From: an uncultured Myxococcales bacterium
GTDB lineage: Bacteria; Myxococcota_A; Polyangia; Fen-1088
Assembly: GCA_964589215.1 (NCBI GenBank)
Contig: CAZPUH010000758.1
Location: 1 to 46,135, forward strand
Direction: 5' to 3'
DNA length: 46,135 nt
Part shown: in pieces, positions 9,201 through 16,962 of the stretch
How the letters are laid out: each line of letters opens with the position of its first letter
Numbering within the stretch: the stretch's first letter is position 1
Notes under the pieces: generated by a model
What the model was told of the DNA's origin: nothing
What the model saw: the letters and a program-made list of their open reading frames with translations, nothing else
The model's database searches: none
Position numbers and translations under genes: made by a program

Positions 9201-9384
9201 GATGGCCCTGTCTCGAGCGCCTGGGAGCGAGGTGCAGCGCCCGCTGGCGACGGTCGTCATCGGCGGCCTCATCACTGCGACGGCGCTCACGTTACTTCTG
9301 TTTCCGGCGGTCTACGCTCTCGCGCACCGCCAGCCACAAAAGAGAGATGCCAAGAACAGCACACCAGGGGAGGGACAGACATGA
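6247..9384 (+). CDS. czcA: heavy-metal efflux RND transporter, CzcA type (divalent cations)
   Basis: 1045 aa. The TM4 signature GAIDFGLIVDGAVIIVENAV (DFG-DGA-VEN) and EFVPQLDEGDLLLEARRLPGI are typical of CzcA-type HME pumps. Confidence 0.9.
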   Translation: MVFLSRIVSWSLRHRAVVLLATGLLAVVGVRSAFTLPIDAVPDITNIQVQVITAAPALTPVEVEQYVSVPVERAMAGIPKVEEVRSISKYGLSVVTVVFEDGTDIYFARQMVAERMREADDTVPAAYGRPEMGPIATGLGEVYQFVVRGEGRSLMELEETLDWYIGPQLRSVPGIVEVNSFGGEDKQYQIVIDPKRLQAAGLSLGEVIHALERSNANAGGGYIEHNREQVVIGTVGLVTSLGDLNSVVVGATLQGVPITVANIAEVRFGPRLRRGAASMDGKGEVVVGVALMLMGENSRLVTNRVKARLEELRPTLPAGIRIEPFYDRSELVARTIKTVVRNLAEGAALVIIILLVLLGDIRAGLIVASTIPLSMLFAIALMKATGASGNLMSLGAIDFGLIVDGAVIIVENAVRRLGEKRVAADRELTSDERVTVAHDAAVEVRSASVFGEIIIAIVYLPILALRGIEGKLFHPMARTVLFALAGAFILSLTLVPVLASYLLKGRSVSHEPWLMRQARRGYVPVLRRALARPSITLGVGLVVLALGGGLMTRLGAEFVPQLDEGDLLLEARRLPGIALSETIATDMRVERAVLLVPEVEHVVARAGAPEVATDPMGIEQSDIYVTLKPRDEWRPGLTKEALGKEVAEIVDREVPEVAVAVSQPIQMRTNELIAGVRSDAAAQIYGPDLQTLQQLAQQVVAALKGVAGVADLRAEQGTGLTYLRIRPDRARLARYGLTIEDVNTITETMAVGRTVGDIFEKDRRFAMVVRTAFDFQGNLASVRALPLKSTLGQIVPLGDVADVVLESGPALVNRDKQSRRSIVEFNVRGRDVVSTVEEARRVVASAVSLPANYHVDWGGQFQNYSAARARLAVVVPLALVLIVFLLWLAFGKVKPAILVFANVPFAAVGGVLALWLRDIPFSISAGVGFIALFGVAVLNGLVLVSFCLHLEEEGTPPRRAIAEAAELRLRPVLMTALVAALGFVPMALSRAPGSEVQRPLATVVIGGLITATALTLLLFPAVYALAHRQPQKRDAKNSTPGEGQT

Positions 9385-9908
9385 CACATCGATTTAGTCG
9401 AGGAACGGGGTCGCTTGCATCACAGTGGGTTCTCTTTGCGATCGTGATGGCAGTGTTCGCTTGCGCCAACCCGGCGCGAGCCGCCGAGCCGGGGGACGGA
9501 GTGAACGCCTGCGGATGCCGGAAGGATTCAGCCGGCCTCTGCTACTGCGATCGAAAGGCGAAGTGCGGCTGCCCCGGCGAGTGCGAGCCGAAGGGCTGCG
9601 ACGAGAAGCGAGCCAAGCAGCTCGAAAAGGAGATCGAGCTCGAGACCAAGAAGGCCGAAGCGGCCGGGCGCCAGGGGAAAACAGACGAAGCCGGCGAGGA
9701 TCGCGCTGCCCCCGCAGGCCGCAAGCAGGCGGCGGAAGTGACGCCGAAGAAACACCCTGCGCACCAGATGACCGTCGCCGAGCGACGCTCGCTCCGTGAC
9801 TTGTTGGATCTGTATGTTGCCGAGCACCCCGAGGCGAGCCAGAAGAGCATCGAGGAGGCGCGCGCCGCGCTGGGAGGCGCCGACGCGCGCGGGCCGGCTG
9901 ATCGCTGA
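9381..9908 (+). CDS. secreted CxC-rich protein translationally coupled to czcA
   Basis: Its ATG overlaps the czcA stop (ATGA). Signal-like WVLFAIVMAVFACANPARAA, then CGCRKDSAGLCYCDRKAKCGCPGECEPKGC (8 Cys in 30 residues), then a charged helical tail. Confidence 0.65.
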   Translation: MTHRFSRGTGSLASQWVLFAIVMAVFACANPARAAEPGDGVNACGCRKDSAGLCYCDRKAKCGCPGECEPKGCDEKRAKQLEKEIELETKKAEAAGRQGKTDEAGEDRAAPAGRKQAAEVTPKKHPAHQMTVAERRSLRDLLDLYVAEHPEASQKSIEEARAALGGADARGPADR

Positions 9909-9933
9909 CCAGTCGGGGCAAGAAGACACGACG

Positions 9934-10866
9934 ATGGGAGCACACACGCACGACGGAGAGCACGGGCATGCCGGCGACGGAACCTCCGGGACGCGGAGGC
10001 GTCTCGTCGCGGCCCTCGCTCTCACGGCGTCGTTCCTAGTGGTCGAGGTCGTGGCCGGTTTCATCTCGGGCAGCCTGGCCTTGCTGTCCGATGCCGGCCA
10101 CATGCTCACCGATGCCGGCGCCCTCGGGCTCGCCATCTGGGCGCAGGCGCTGAGCATCCGGCCGCGCTCCAGCCGCAAGACCTTCGGCTACCGTCGCGCG
10201 GAGATCTTGGCCGCCGCGGCGAACGGCATCGTCCTCGGGGCGACCGCCATCGCCGTGATCGTCGAGGCAGTCCGACGATTCACGTCGCCGCCGCCCGTCC
10301 AGGGAGTTCCGATGCTCATCGTTGCGGCCATCGGGCTCGCGATCAACATCCTCGCCGCGTGGATCCTCTCCCGCGGCGGGGCGCACAACCTCAACATGCG
10401 AGCGGCAGCTGCCCACGTCGTTGCGGACGCAGCGGGCTCCGTCGCCGCGCTGGTTGCTGCGGTGCTGATCCTGACGCTGGGCTGGACCATCGCCGACCCC
10501 ATCACGTCGATCCTGATCTCGGTGCTGATCCTGTTCGGCGCCTGGCGCCTCCTGAACGACGCGATACACGTCCTCATGGAAGGAACGCCGGCGGGGATCG
10601 ATGTCGGCGCTCTCGAGCGGATCGCGCGCGAGACGCCCGGCGTTCGAGACGTCCACGATCTGCATGTCTCGTCCATCGGCGGAGATTCGCCGATCATCAC
10701 GGCTCACGTCGTTCTGGCGCCGGGCGCGCACGGCGTCGAGGTCGCCCGCGACGTCGGACGCCGCATCGAGGACAAGGTCGGGGCCGCCCACATCACCGTG
10801 CAGCCCGAGGCCGCGCGGCCGGAAGACGACCTCCTTGCACCCCACACGCTCGTTCGGGGCCCCTGA
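9934..10866 (+). CDS. czcD: cation diffusion facilitator (CzcD/ZitB-like)
   Basis: His-rich N-terminus MGAHTHDGEHGHAGDG. CDF signatures SGSLALLSDAGHMLTDAG, FGYRRAEILAA and HVVADAAGSV. C-terminal cytoplasmic domain HDLHVSSIGG. Confidence 0.9.
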   Translation: MGAHTHDGEHGHAGDGTSGTRRRLVAALALTASFLVVEVVAGFISGSLALLSDAGHMLTDAGALGLAIWAQALSIRPRSSRKTFGYRRAEILAAAANGIVLGATAIAVIVEAVRRFTSPPPVQGVPMLIVAAIGLAINILAAWILSRGGAHNLNMRAAAAHVVADAAGSVAALVAAVLILTLGWTIADPITSILISVLILFGAWRLLNDAIHVLMEGTPAGIDVGALERIARETPGVRDVHDLHVSSIGGDSPIITAHVVLAPGAHGVEVARDVGRRIEDKVGAAHITVQPEAARPEDDLLAPHTLVRGP

Positions 10867-10934
10867 GTACTCGCGATTGGTGGGGCAACACCGGCCTGCC
10901 TGGAACCGCCGATGCCTGGCGCGCAGTTGATCCC

Positions 10935-12491
10935 TCATCCCTCGACGCGAAAGTTCCGCATCATGCCCATGTCCTCGTGTTCGAGGTTGTGGCAGTGATA
11001 GAGGAAGAGGCCAGCGTGCCGCGCGAACCGAACGCGGATCCGCACCTGCTCGCCGGGTCTGAGAAGAAACGTGTCCTTCCAGCCGTCGTCGACGAGACCG
11101 TCGTCCATCGTCGCGGCCACGCTTCTCCACTGCGGAGCCACCGTTCGCTGCACGATCTGGAATTGCCCCCCGTGCACGTGGATCGGGTGAGCGGTCGTCA
11201 TCATCGCGCCCGGGTTCGAGAACTCCCAGTCCTCGGTCGCACCGAGCTTTATCCGCTCGTTCGCCGCGACCTCGGTCATGTCGAACGGCTCGCCGTTCAA
11301 TACCCAGCGCATCATCGCCATCGATACCGCGAACCGGCGTGGATTCTGGCGGTTGACCACCTCATCCGGTGAACGCCATTCGGGAAGCGACAGGTGCCGC
11401 GGAATCGGAAGGCGCGGCCCCTTGCCGCCAATGGCGAACCTGCAGATTCGAAGCGCCGCGCCATTTGCGGGCGAGCTGGATGATCCACCGCCTCCCATCA
11501 TGCCCATGCCCCCGCCCATCATCCCGCCACCAATCGTGAAGGCTCGGCTCTCTAGCCACACCGAGTCCCCGCCAGGAGCGGTTCCGAAGTCAGCCCACAG
11601 CTCGATGCGCTCGCCGGGCGCCAGGAGGACCGCCGGTCGTTCGACCGGTGCGGCGATCAGTCCACCGTCCGTGCCGATGACCCTCATCGGGCTCCCGTCG
11701 CTCCAGGCAAGCTTGTAGATCCGGGCATTCGAGCCGTTCAGGAGCCGCAGGCGATATGTGCCCGCCTTGACGTCCAACGACGCGTCGGCGCGCCCGTTGA
11801 CCAGGATGCGGTCTCCGAGAAAACCCAGCATCTGGTTCGGCGCGTAGACGAGCTGGCCGTCGCCGTCGAGGATCCGATCTTGAATGACGAGGGGAAGATC
11901 GAACTCCGGCGCCGGTAGCCCCCGCGCGACGTCGTCCTCGTCGGCCACGAGGAAGAACCCGGCCAACCCCGCATGGACTTGATAGCCGGTACGTCCCTCC
12001 GGGTGCGGATGGTACCAGTACGTTCCAGGGCGATTTTCGACCTTGAAGTCATAGCGGCGCGTGGTGCGGCTCGCGATCGCAAAGCGGGGATGGCCGTCGT
12101 TCTCCTCGGATACGTCGAGCCCGTGCCAGTGGACGACCGAGGCTTCATCGAGCGCGTTCTCGAAATTCACGCGCACCCGCTGGCCACGCCGCAGGCGGAA
12201 GGTCGGGCCGAGGTAGCTCGCGTCACTGCCGTCGAAGGTCCCGGGCGAACCTGCCAGTCGTTTGCCCTCGAACCGGAGGACGGTGGTGCTCCGGCCCGAG
12301 CCGTCGACGGCCACCCGCGCGCGGGTACTCTTCAGTGAGACCTCGAGATCCGGTTGGGTCGTGGCTTCTGAAGCTGCGAGCGGAGCTGCGGCGGGTGCAC
12401 GACGGCTGCATCCCGCGGACAGCAACAGACCGCCGGCGATTCCAGCTTCTAGGACTTGTCGTCTTGAGGGCTTCGTAGACATCGAGGTCAT
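10935..12491 (-). CDS. multicopper oxidase (CueO-like) with Tat signal and a Met/Gly-rich insert
   Basis: Tat motif SRRQVLEAG. Copper-site motifs HWHGL, WYHPH, HPIHVHG and YHCHNLEHEDMGMM. The insert is GGGMMGGGMGMMGGGG. Confidence 0.9.
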   Translation of the reverse strand: MTSMSTKPSRRQVLEAGIAGGLLLSAGCSRRAPAAAPLAASEATTQPDLEVSLKSTRARVAVDGSGRSTTVLRFEGKRLAGSPGTFDGSDASYLGPTFRLRRGQRVRVNFENALDEASVVHWHGLDVSEENDGHPRFAIASRTTRRYDFKVENRPGTYWYHPHPEGRTGYQVHAGLAGFFLVADEDDVARGLPAPEFDLPLVIQDRILDGDGQLVYAPNQMLGFLGDRILVNGRADASLDVKAGTYRLRLLNGSNARIYKLAWSDGSPMRVIGTDGGLIAAPVERPAVLLAPGERIELWADFGTAPGGDSVWLESRAFTIGGGMMGGGMGMMGGGGSSSSPANGAALRICRFAIGGKGPRLPIPRHLSLPEWRSPDEVVNRQNPRRFAVSMAMMRWVLNGEPFDMTEVAANERIKLGATEDWEFSNPGAMMTTAHPIHVHGGQFQIVQRTVAPQWRSVAATMDDGLVDDGWKDTFLLRPGEQVRIRVRFARHAGLFLYHCHNLEHEDMGMMRNFRVEG

Positions 12492-12584
12492 CCTCTCTCG
12501 CCCGTGCAGAACTCTACGGGACCTGGCGCGCGCTGCGAACCCTTTCCCGTCTGACTGGCTCTCACCGGCGAAGGTGATGAAGTC

Positions 12585-13016
12585 ATGAACGCCATCGTCG
12601 AGTCACTCGGTAAGGTCGCGAGCCGCGTCAGGATGGGCGAGCACGAGCTCGTCTTCGACCAGCCACAGTCCGTCCCCGGAGGTGAGGATCGCGGCCCCTC
12701 CCCGCTCGACGCACTGGTTGCTTCGGTCGCAGCCTGCGCGCACTACTTCGCAGCCGCCTACCTCCACGGCCGTGGCCTCTCGACCGAGGGGCTGACCGTC
12801 GAGGTCCAGTCGGAGAAAGATCGGGTGCCGGTGTCCAGGATCGGTCGCCTGTCGATGAAGGTGCAGCTTCCACCCGGTCTCTCCGACCGACAGTTGACCG
12901 GGGTCGAGCGGGCCGTGAAGAGCTGCCCTGCGTACGGCACCCTGCTGCACCCGCCGTCGGTCGAGGTTGCCGTCGAGCCGACTGTGCCTCCGGTACCCGA
13001 GGCACAGTCGGCCTAA
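12585..13016 (+). CDS. OsmC/Ohr-family peroxiredoxin-like protein
   Basis: 143 aa with the two conserved Cys contexts of the OsmC fold (VASVAACAHYF and AVKSCPAYGTL). Confidence 0.75.
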   Translation: MNAIVESLGKVASRVRMGEHELVFDQPQSVPGGEDRGPSPLDALVASVAACAHYFAAAYLHGRGLSTEGLTVEVQSEKDRVPVSRIGRLSMKVQLPPGLSDRQLTGVERAVKSCPAYGTLLHPPSVEVAVEPTVPPVPEAQSA

Positions 13017-13052
13017 ACCCCAGGCTTGTGCCAGTCGGGTAGCATCTAAGCC

Positions 13053-13892
13053 GTGAACGAAACGGAGTCGTCCGACGAGCGCCTCCTCGCGGCCGCGCGC
13101 GCCGGGGATAGAGCCGCTCTCGAGACGCTGCTTGAGCGTCACCAGGAACAGGTCTACAGGTTCGGCATGAAGATGTGCCGGGATCCGGAGGACGCGAAGG
13201 ATGTCCTCCAGGACACCCTGCTCGCGATGGCGCGTAGCGTCCGGGACTTCCGCGGCGCGTCCTCGATCTCGACGTGGCTCTACACGATCGCGCGGAGCTT
13301 CTGCATCAAGAAGCGGCGCCGGAGCAAGTTCGCCCCCGACGAGGAGCGCTCACTGGACACGGACGTGAAGGCTGAGGCGAAGCACCTCGCTGCTCCCGCG
13401 GTCGACGCGGATGAGGCGCTCGCCGGCAAGGAGGTAGAGCGGGCGCTCGAGCAGGCGATCGCGGCGCTCGACCCGATGTACCGCGAAGTTCTGCTCCTCC
13501 GGGACGTCGAGGGGCTGACCGCACCCGAGGTCGCCGAGGTGCTCGGAGTGACCCCGCAGGCCGTCAAGAGCCGACTCCACCGGGCCCGGCTATCGGTGCG
13601 GGAGCAGGTCGCGCCCATCCTCGGAATCGACCTCGACGCGCCGGCGGCTCCCGGCATTTGCCCCGACGTACTAACGATGTTTTCGCAGCACCTCGAGGAC
13701 GAGATCAGCGCGGACCTCTGCGCGGAAATGGAGCTGCACCTCGAGACTTGTGGGCGCTGTCGAGGCGCGTGCGACTCGCTCAAGCGCACCCTCGCGCTGT
13801 GTCGAACGTCGGGCCCGGCGGTCGAGGTCCCCACAGCGGTTCAGGTTTCAGTCAGGAAGGCCCTCCGAGCCTTCCTCGCCGACAACGCCTGA
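13053..13892 (+). CDS. ECF sigma-70 family factor fused to a C-terminal ZAS (zinc anti-sigma, RsrA-like) domain
   Basis: Sigma-2 region (LLERHQEQVYRFGMKMCRDPEDAKDVLQDTLLAM) and sigma-4 region (EVLLLRDVEGLTAPEVAEVLGVTPQAVKSRLHRAR). These are followed in the same ORF by C-x25-H-x3-C-x2-C (CPDV...ELHLETCGRC). Confidence 0.8.
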   Translation: MNETESSDERLLAAARAGDRAALETLLERHQEQVYRFGMKMCRDPEDAKDVLQDTLLAMARSVRDFRGASSISTWLYTIARSFCIKKRRRSKFAPDEERSLDTDVKAEAKHLAAPAVDADEALAGKEVERALEQAIAALDPMYREVLLLRDVEGLTAPEVAEVLGVTPQAVKSRLHRARLSVREQVAPILGIDLDAPAAPGICPDVLTMFSQHLEDEISADLCAEMELHLETCGRCRGACDSLKRTLALCRTSGPAVEVPTAVQVSVRKALRAFLADNA

Positions 13893-13935
13893 ATCCTTTA
13901 GGCGGCGCCTGGCTCTAACTTTTCAGGAGGCTGGA

Positions 13936-14328
13936 ATGGCGACCGTGCAGGTGACCGAAAAGACCTTTGATGCAACCGTGAAGAAGGGGATCGTCCTGCT
14001 GGATTTCTGGGCCGCTTGGTGCGGGCCGTGTCGCGCGTTCGGGCCCATCTTCGAGGCCGCGGCGGCGCGCCATGCGGACGTCGTATTTGGCAAGGTCGAC
14101 ACCGAAGCCGAGCCCGGTCTCGCAGCGGCGTTCGAGATCCGCGCGATTCCGACGCTGGCCGTGCTTCGCGACGGGGTGCTGCTCGGAGCGTTTCCCGGGA
14201 TGATGCCGGCGAAGGCGATCGACGAGCTGGTGGGCAAGGTGCAGGCGCTGGATATGAACGAGGTGCAGCGAAAGCTGGCGGAGGCCGAAGCTGCGGAGCC
14301 GCGAGCCGCCAAGGCAGGAGGCGCCTGA
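13936..14328 (+). CDS. trxA: thioredoxin
   Basis: WCGPC active site in FWAAWCGPCRAFGP, cis-Pro loop IRAIPTL, RBS-like CAGGAGG upstream. Confidence 0.9.
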   Translation: MATVQVTEKTFDATVKKGIVLLDFWAAWCGPCRAFGPIFEAAAARHADVVFGKVDTEAEPGLAAAFEIRAIPTLAVLRDGVLLGAFPGMMPAKAIDELVGKVQALDMNEVQRKLAEAEAAEPRAAKAGGA

Positions 14329-14516
14329 TGTGCCGGCGTATCGACTGCCCGAAGTGCGGGCGACCGAGCTTCGCCGGCTGCGGAATGCACGTCGAGCAGG
14401 TGCTCGGCAACGTCCCACCGGCCCAGCGCTGCCGGTGTCGGGAGGACCGGGCTACGGGCCCGACCGCGCCAGGCGCCGGCCCGCGCTCCTGGCTGCGCGG
14501 CCTACTCGGGAAGTGA
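14328..14516 (+). CDS. Cys-rich miniprotein (zinc-ribbon-like)
   Basis: 62 aa: MCRRIDCPKCGRPSFAGCGMHVEQVLGNVPPAQRCRC. Its start overlaps the thioredoxin stop (TGATG). Confidence 0.55.
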   Translation: MCRRIDCPKCGRPSFAGCGMHVEQVLGNVPPAQRCRCREDRATGPTAPGAGPRSWLRGLLGK

Positions 14517-14527
14517 GGAGAGCGGTC

Positions 14528-14920
14528 ATGACCACATTTGGAATTCGAAAGAACCTCCGCGCCTCGTACGACGAGGCGCTCGCCCGGGTGCCCGAGGCGC
14601 TCAAGGCGGAGGGCTTCGGTGTCCTCACCGAGATCGACATGCAGAGCACGCTGAAGCAGAAGCTCGGCGTCGCGTTCCGTCGCTACAAGATCCTCGGCGC
14701 CTGCAATCCGCCCTTTGCTCACGAGGCGCTCTCCGCGGACCTCGTCGCCGGGCTGCTATTGCCCTGCAACGTGGTCGTCTACGAGGGAGAGGACCGCCGG
14801 GCGGTCGTCATTGCCGTCGATCCGACACAGACCGTGACCGCGACCGGCAGCCGGGAGCTCGCGAAGATCGCCGAAACCGTCAAGGAGAAGCTCACGCGCG
14901 CGATCGCCCGGCTCGAATAG
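14528..14920 (+). CDS. DUF302 domain protein
   Basis: 130 aa. The pattern EALKAEGFGVLTEIDMQSTLKQKLG..FRRYKILGACNPPFAHEAL is characteristic of DUF302. Confidence 0.7.
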   Translation: MTTFGIRKNLRASYDEALARVPEALKAEGFGVLTEIDMQSTLKQKLGVAFRRYKILGACNPPFAHEALSADLVAGLLLPCNVVVYEGEDRRAVVIAVDPTQTVTATGSRELAKIAETVKEKLTRAIARLE

Positions 14921-14938
14921 CAATGGCATCGGAACGGC

Positions 14939-15614
14939 GTGCCGAGCCGGCGGGTGCGCTCAGCCACAATCCCAAACCCCTTCCTCCGCGCCAGGCCCAA
15001 GCGACCGACCTTCTTCGATGGGCGACCTCGTCCTGCACTACTGGGAAGCCTGCTCCTGCATGATGTTCCTGGAGACTTCGTGGAAGTTGGATGCAACGCC
15101 GGATTTTCATCCGTGATCCTAAGATCGCTTCTCCGAGATCGTGGACGGGGTCGTGAGCTGGTTTGCTTCGACAGCTTCGAGGGACTTCCCGCCACCGTCG
15201 ACGCGAAGGACCAAGGTGCGTACGTCGCTGGCGAGATGACGGCCGGACGTCGTTGGTTCGAGGACAACTTTAAGGCCATCGGACTGGAGCTGCCGACGGT
15301 CCACCAAGGCTGGTTCGAGAAGACTTTGCCGACCGGACTGCCGCGCCAGATCTCCTTCGCGCTGATCGACGCTGACCTTTAACACGTCGACGCTCACGGC
15401 CCTGCAACACGTTTACCCTCGGCTTACTGGGAACGCCATATGCATGTTTGGGGTCTACTGCGACGAGCGCGTCCACGTGCCCTACACGCGGAATCTCAAA
15501 TATCTCAGCCCCGGGGTGACGGCGGCCGTGGACGAGTTTCTTGGAGACAAGCCCGAAGAGATGTCCGTCCTGTACTCCGGCGACTACACTAGCGGCTACT
15601 TCACAAAGAAGTGA
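14939..15614 (+). pseudogene. TylF/macrocin-O-methyltransferase-like class I SAM methyltransferase, frameshifted near 15378
   Basis: The N-terminal part, with VPGDFVEVGCNAGFSS ... FALIDADL, ends at TAA 15380-15382. The +1 frame continues NTSTLTALQHVYPRLTGNAICMFGVYCDE...GYFTKK to 15614, as expected for one contiguous TylF-like protein. Confidence 0.6.
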
Positions 15615-15762
15615 CCATCGGAAGCAGCCGCTACGACCGCTCGCGGCTCGCTTCGTTGATTCGTTGAATCGTCGCGCTCAACAAAAGGGCGCTTGCCGAG
15701 GAGGTCGGTCGCGCCCGCTGTCGGGTCGACGCCGTTCAGTCGGAAGTTGCCAACCTCCTGAA

Positions 15763-16962
15763 CTAGCGGTCCCCGGCAGCCTGGATGCGCGTCCCCTCTT
15801 CGATCGCGTCCGAGGGCTGCACGATGACGGTATCGCCCTCCTTCACGTCACCTGTGACCGCGGTCCAGGCCCCGTCCGTCGGCCCGGCGTCGATCAAAGT
15901 CTTGCGGGCGCGTCCGTCGCGGACGACGAAGACCGCCCACCGCTGACCGGACCGGAACAGCGCGGGCGAGGGGACGCGGAGGACGTCCTTGCCCTCCCAG
16001 ACCACGACCGCCGCGTCGACACGGTAGTCGTGGCCAAGGCCGGGCGGCGGCGGCTCCGCCAGGTCGAGGACCACGTGGACCCGCTGCTCCTCGAGGCCGA
16101 GGGCGGAGACCTTGGTGAACGCGGCCGGATCGACCCGCTGGACTTCAGCCCGAATTGGCAGCGGACCACCCCACCCAGTGATCGTGGCGGCGGCCCCGGG
16201 ACGTACCTTCGCGGCGTCGCTTGAGAGCAGGTCGGCGTGCACCTCCATGCTGGTCACGTCCCCCACCTCGAGAAGGGGCGTTCCGGCCGCGACCGGCCCG
16301 GCGCTCTCCCGAACGACGCGAAGGATCCGACCGGCGACCGGCGACCGGACAGGCGTCACCTGTCCGGGCTTGACCAAAGCCGGGGCGACCACGGACCGCG
16401 CACGCACCAGCTCCGCCCGCGCGGCCCGGGCGGCCGCGGCGGCGCCTTCGGCGGCCCGACGACGGATCTCGGCCTCGTGCCCGCGGTGCTCGAGGTTGTT
16501 GCTCGGCATGGCTCCCTGCTCTACGAGCCGGCGCGTCGTCCCGAGCTCGCTCTCGGCGTGGGCGAGCGCCGCCTTGGCTTCCAGCTCGCCGGCGTCGGCG
16601 CGGGCAACGGCGGCTTCGGCGACACTGACGGCCGCGCTCGCCTCTGCGCGGGCTCGCGGATCGAGCGGCCGGGACGCGCCAGGGAGGATCTCGGCAACGA
16701 TCGCGTCAGCGGCGATCGTGTCGCCCGCGTGTACGTCGATCCGCTGCAACTGGCCGTCGACGGGCGAGAACACGACGTATAGCTCCTTGACTCGTGTGCG
16801 CCCCTCCGCGCTCGCCGTTGCGAAAAGAGCGCCGCGCTGGACCACGGCCGTCGCCACCCCGACGGCTGCGGTCCGCAGAGCCCAAGCGACGCCGGCGATC
16901 GCCAGGGCGACGATGCCGATCCAGAGGGCTGTCTTTCCGTGCTTGATCCCGGTCATGATCAT
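15763..16962 (-). CDS. HlyD-family periplasmic adaptor of the ABC exporter (MacA/DevB-like)
   Basis: N-terminal TM segment ALWIGIVALAIAGVAWAL, a long Ala/Arg/Glu coiled-coil and beta-barrel motifs (VRSPVAGRILRV). Its start overlaps the permease stop (ATGA). Confidence 0.85.
   Translation of the reverse strand: MIMTGIKHGKTALWIGIVALAIAGVAWALRTAAVGVATAVVQRGALFATASAEGRTRVKELYVVFSPVDGQLQRIDVHAGDTIAADAIVAEILPGASRPLDPRARAEASAAVSVAEAAVARADAGELEAKAALAHAESELGTTRRLVEQGAMPSNNLEHRGHEAEIRRRAAEGAAAAARAARAELVRARSVVAPALVKPGQVTPVRSPVAGRILRVVRESAGPVAAGTPLLEVGDVTSMEVHADLLSSDAAKVRPGAAATITGWGGPLPIRAEVQRVDPAAFTKVSALGLEEQRVHVVLDLAEPPPPGLGHDYRVDAAVVVWEGKDVLRVPSPALFRSGQRWAVFVVRDGRARKTLIDAGPTDGAWTAVTGDVKEGDTVIVQPSDAIEEGTRIQAAGDR

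Noticed and set aside
8904-9380. Upstream 159 codons of the 334-aa track ORF 8904-9908
   Set aside because: This part is an alternative frame of the czcA 3' end and is R/G-rich. Only the segment from the ATG at 9381, which overlaps the czcA stop, looks like a real protein.
15541-16224. 227-aa + strand ORF spanning the end of the methyltransferase remnant and the HlyD gene 3' end
   Set aside because: It is out of frame with the TylF-like continuation, antisense to the HlyD adaptor, and has R/P/G-rich composition.
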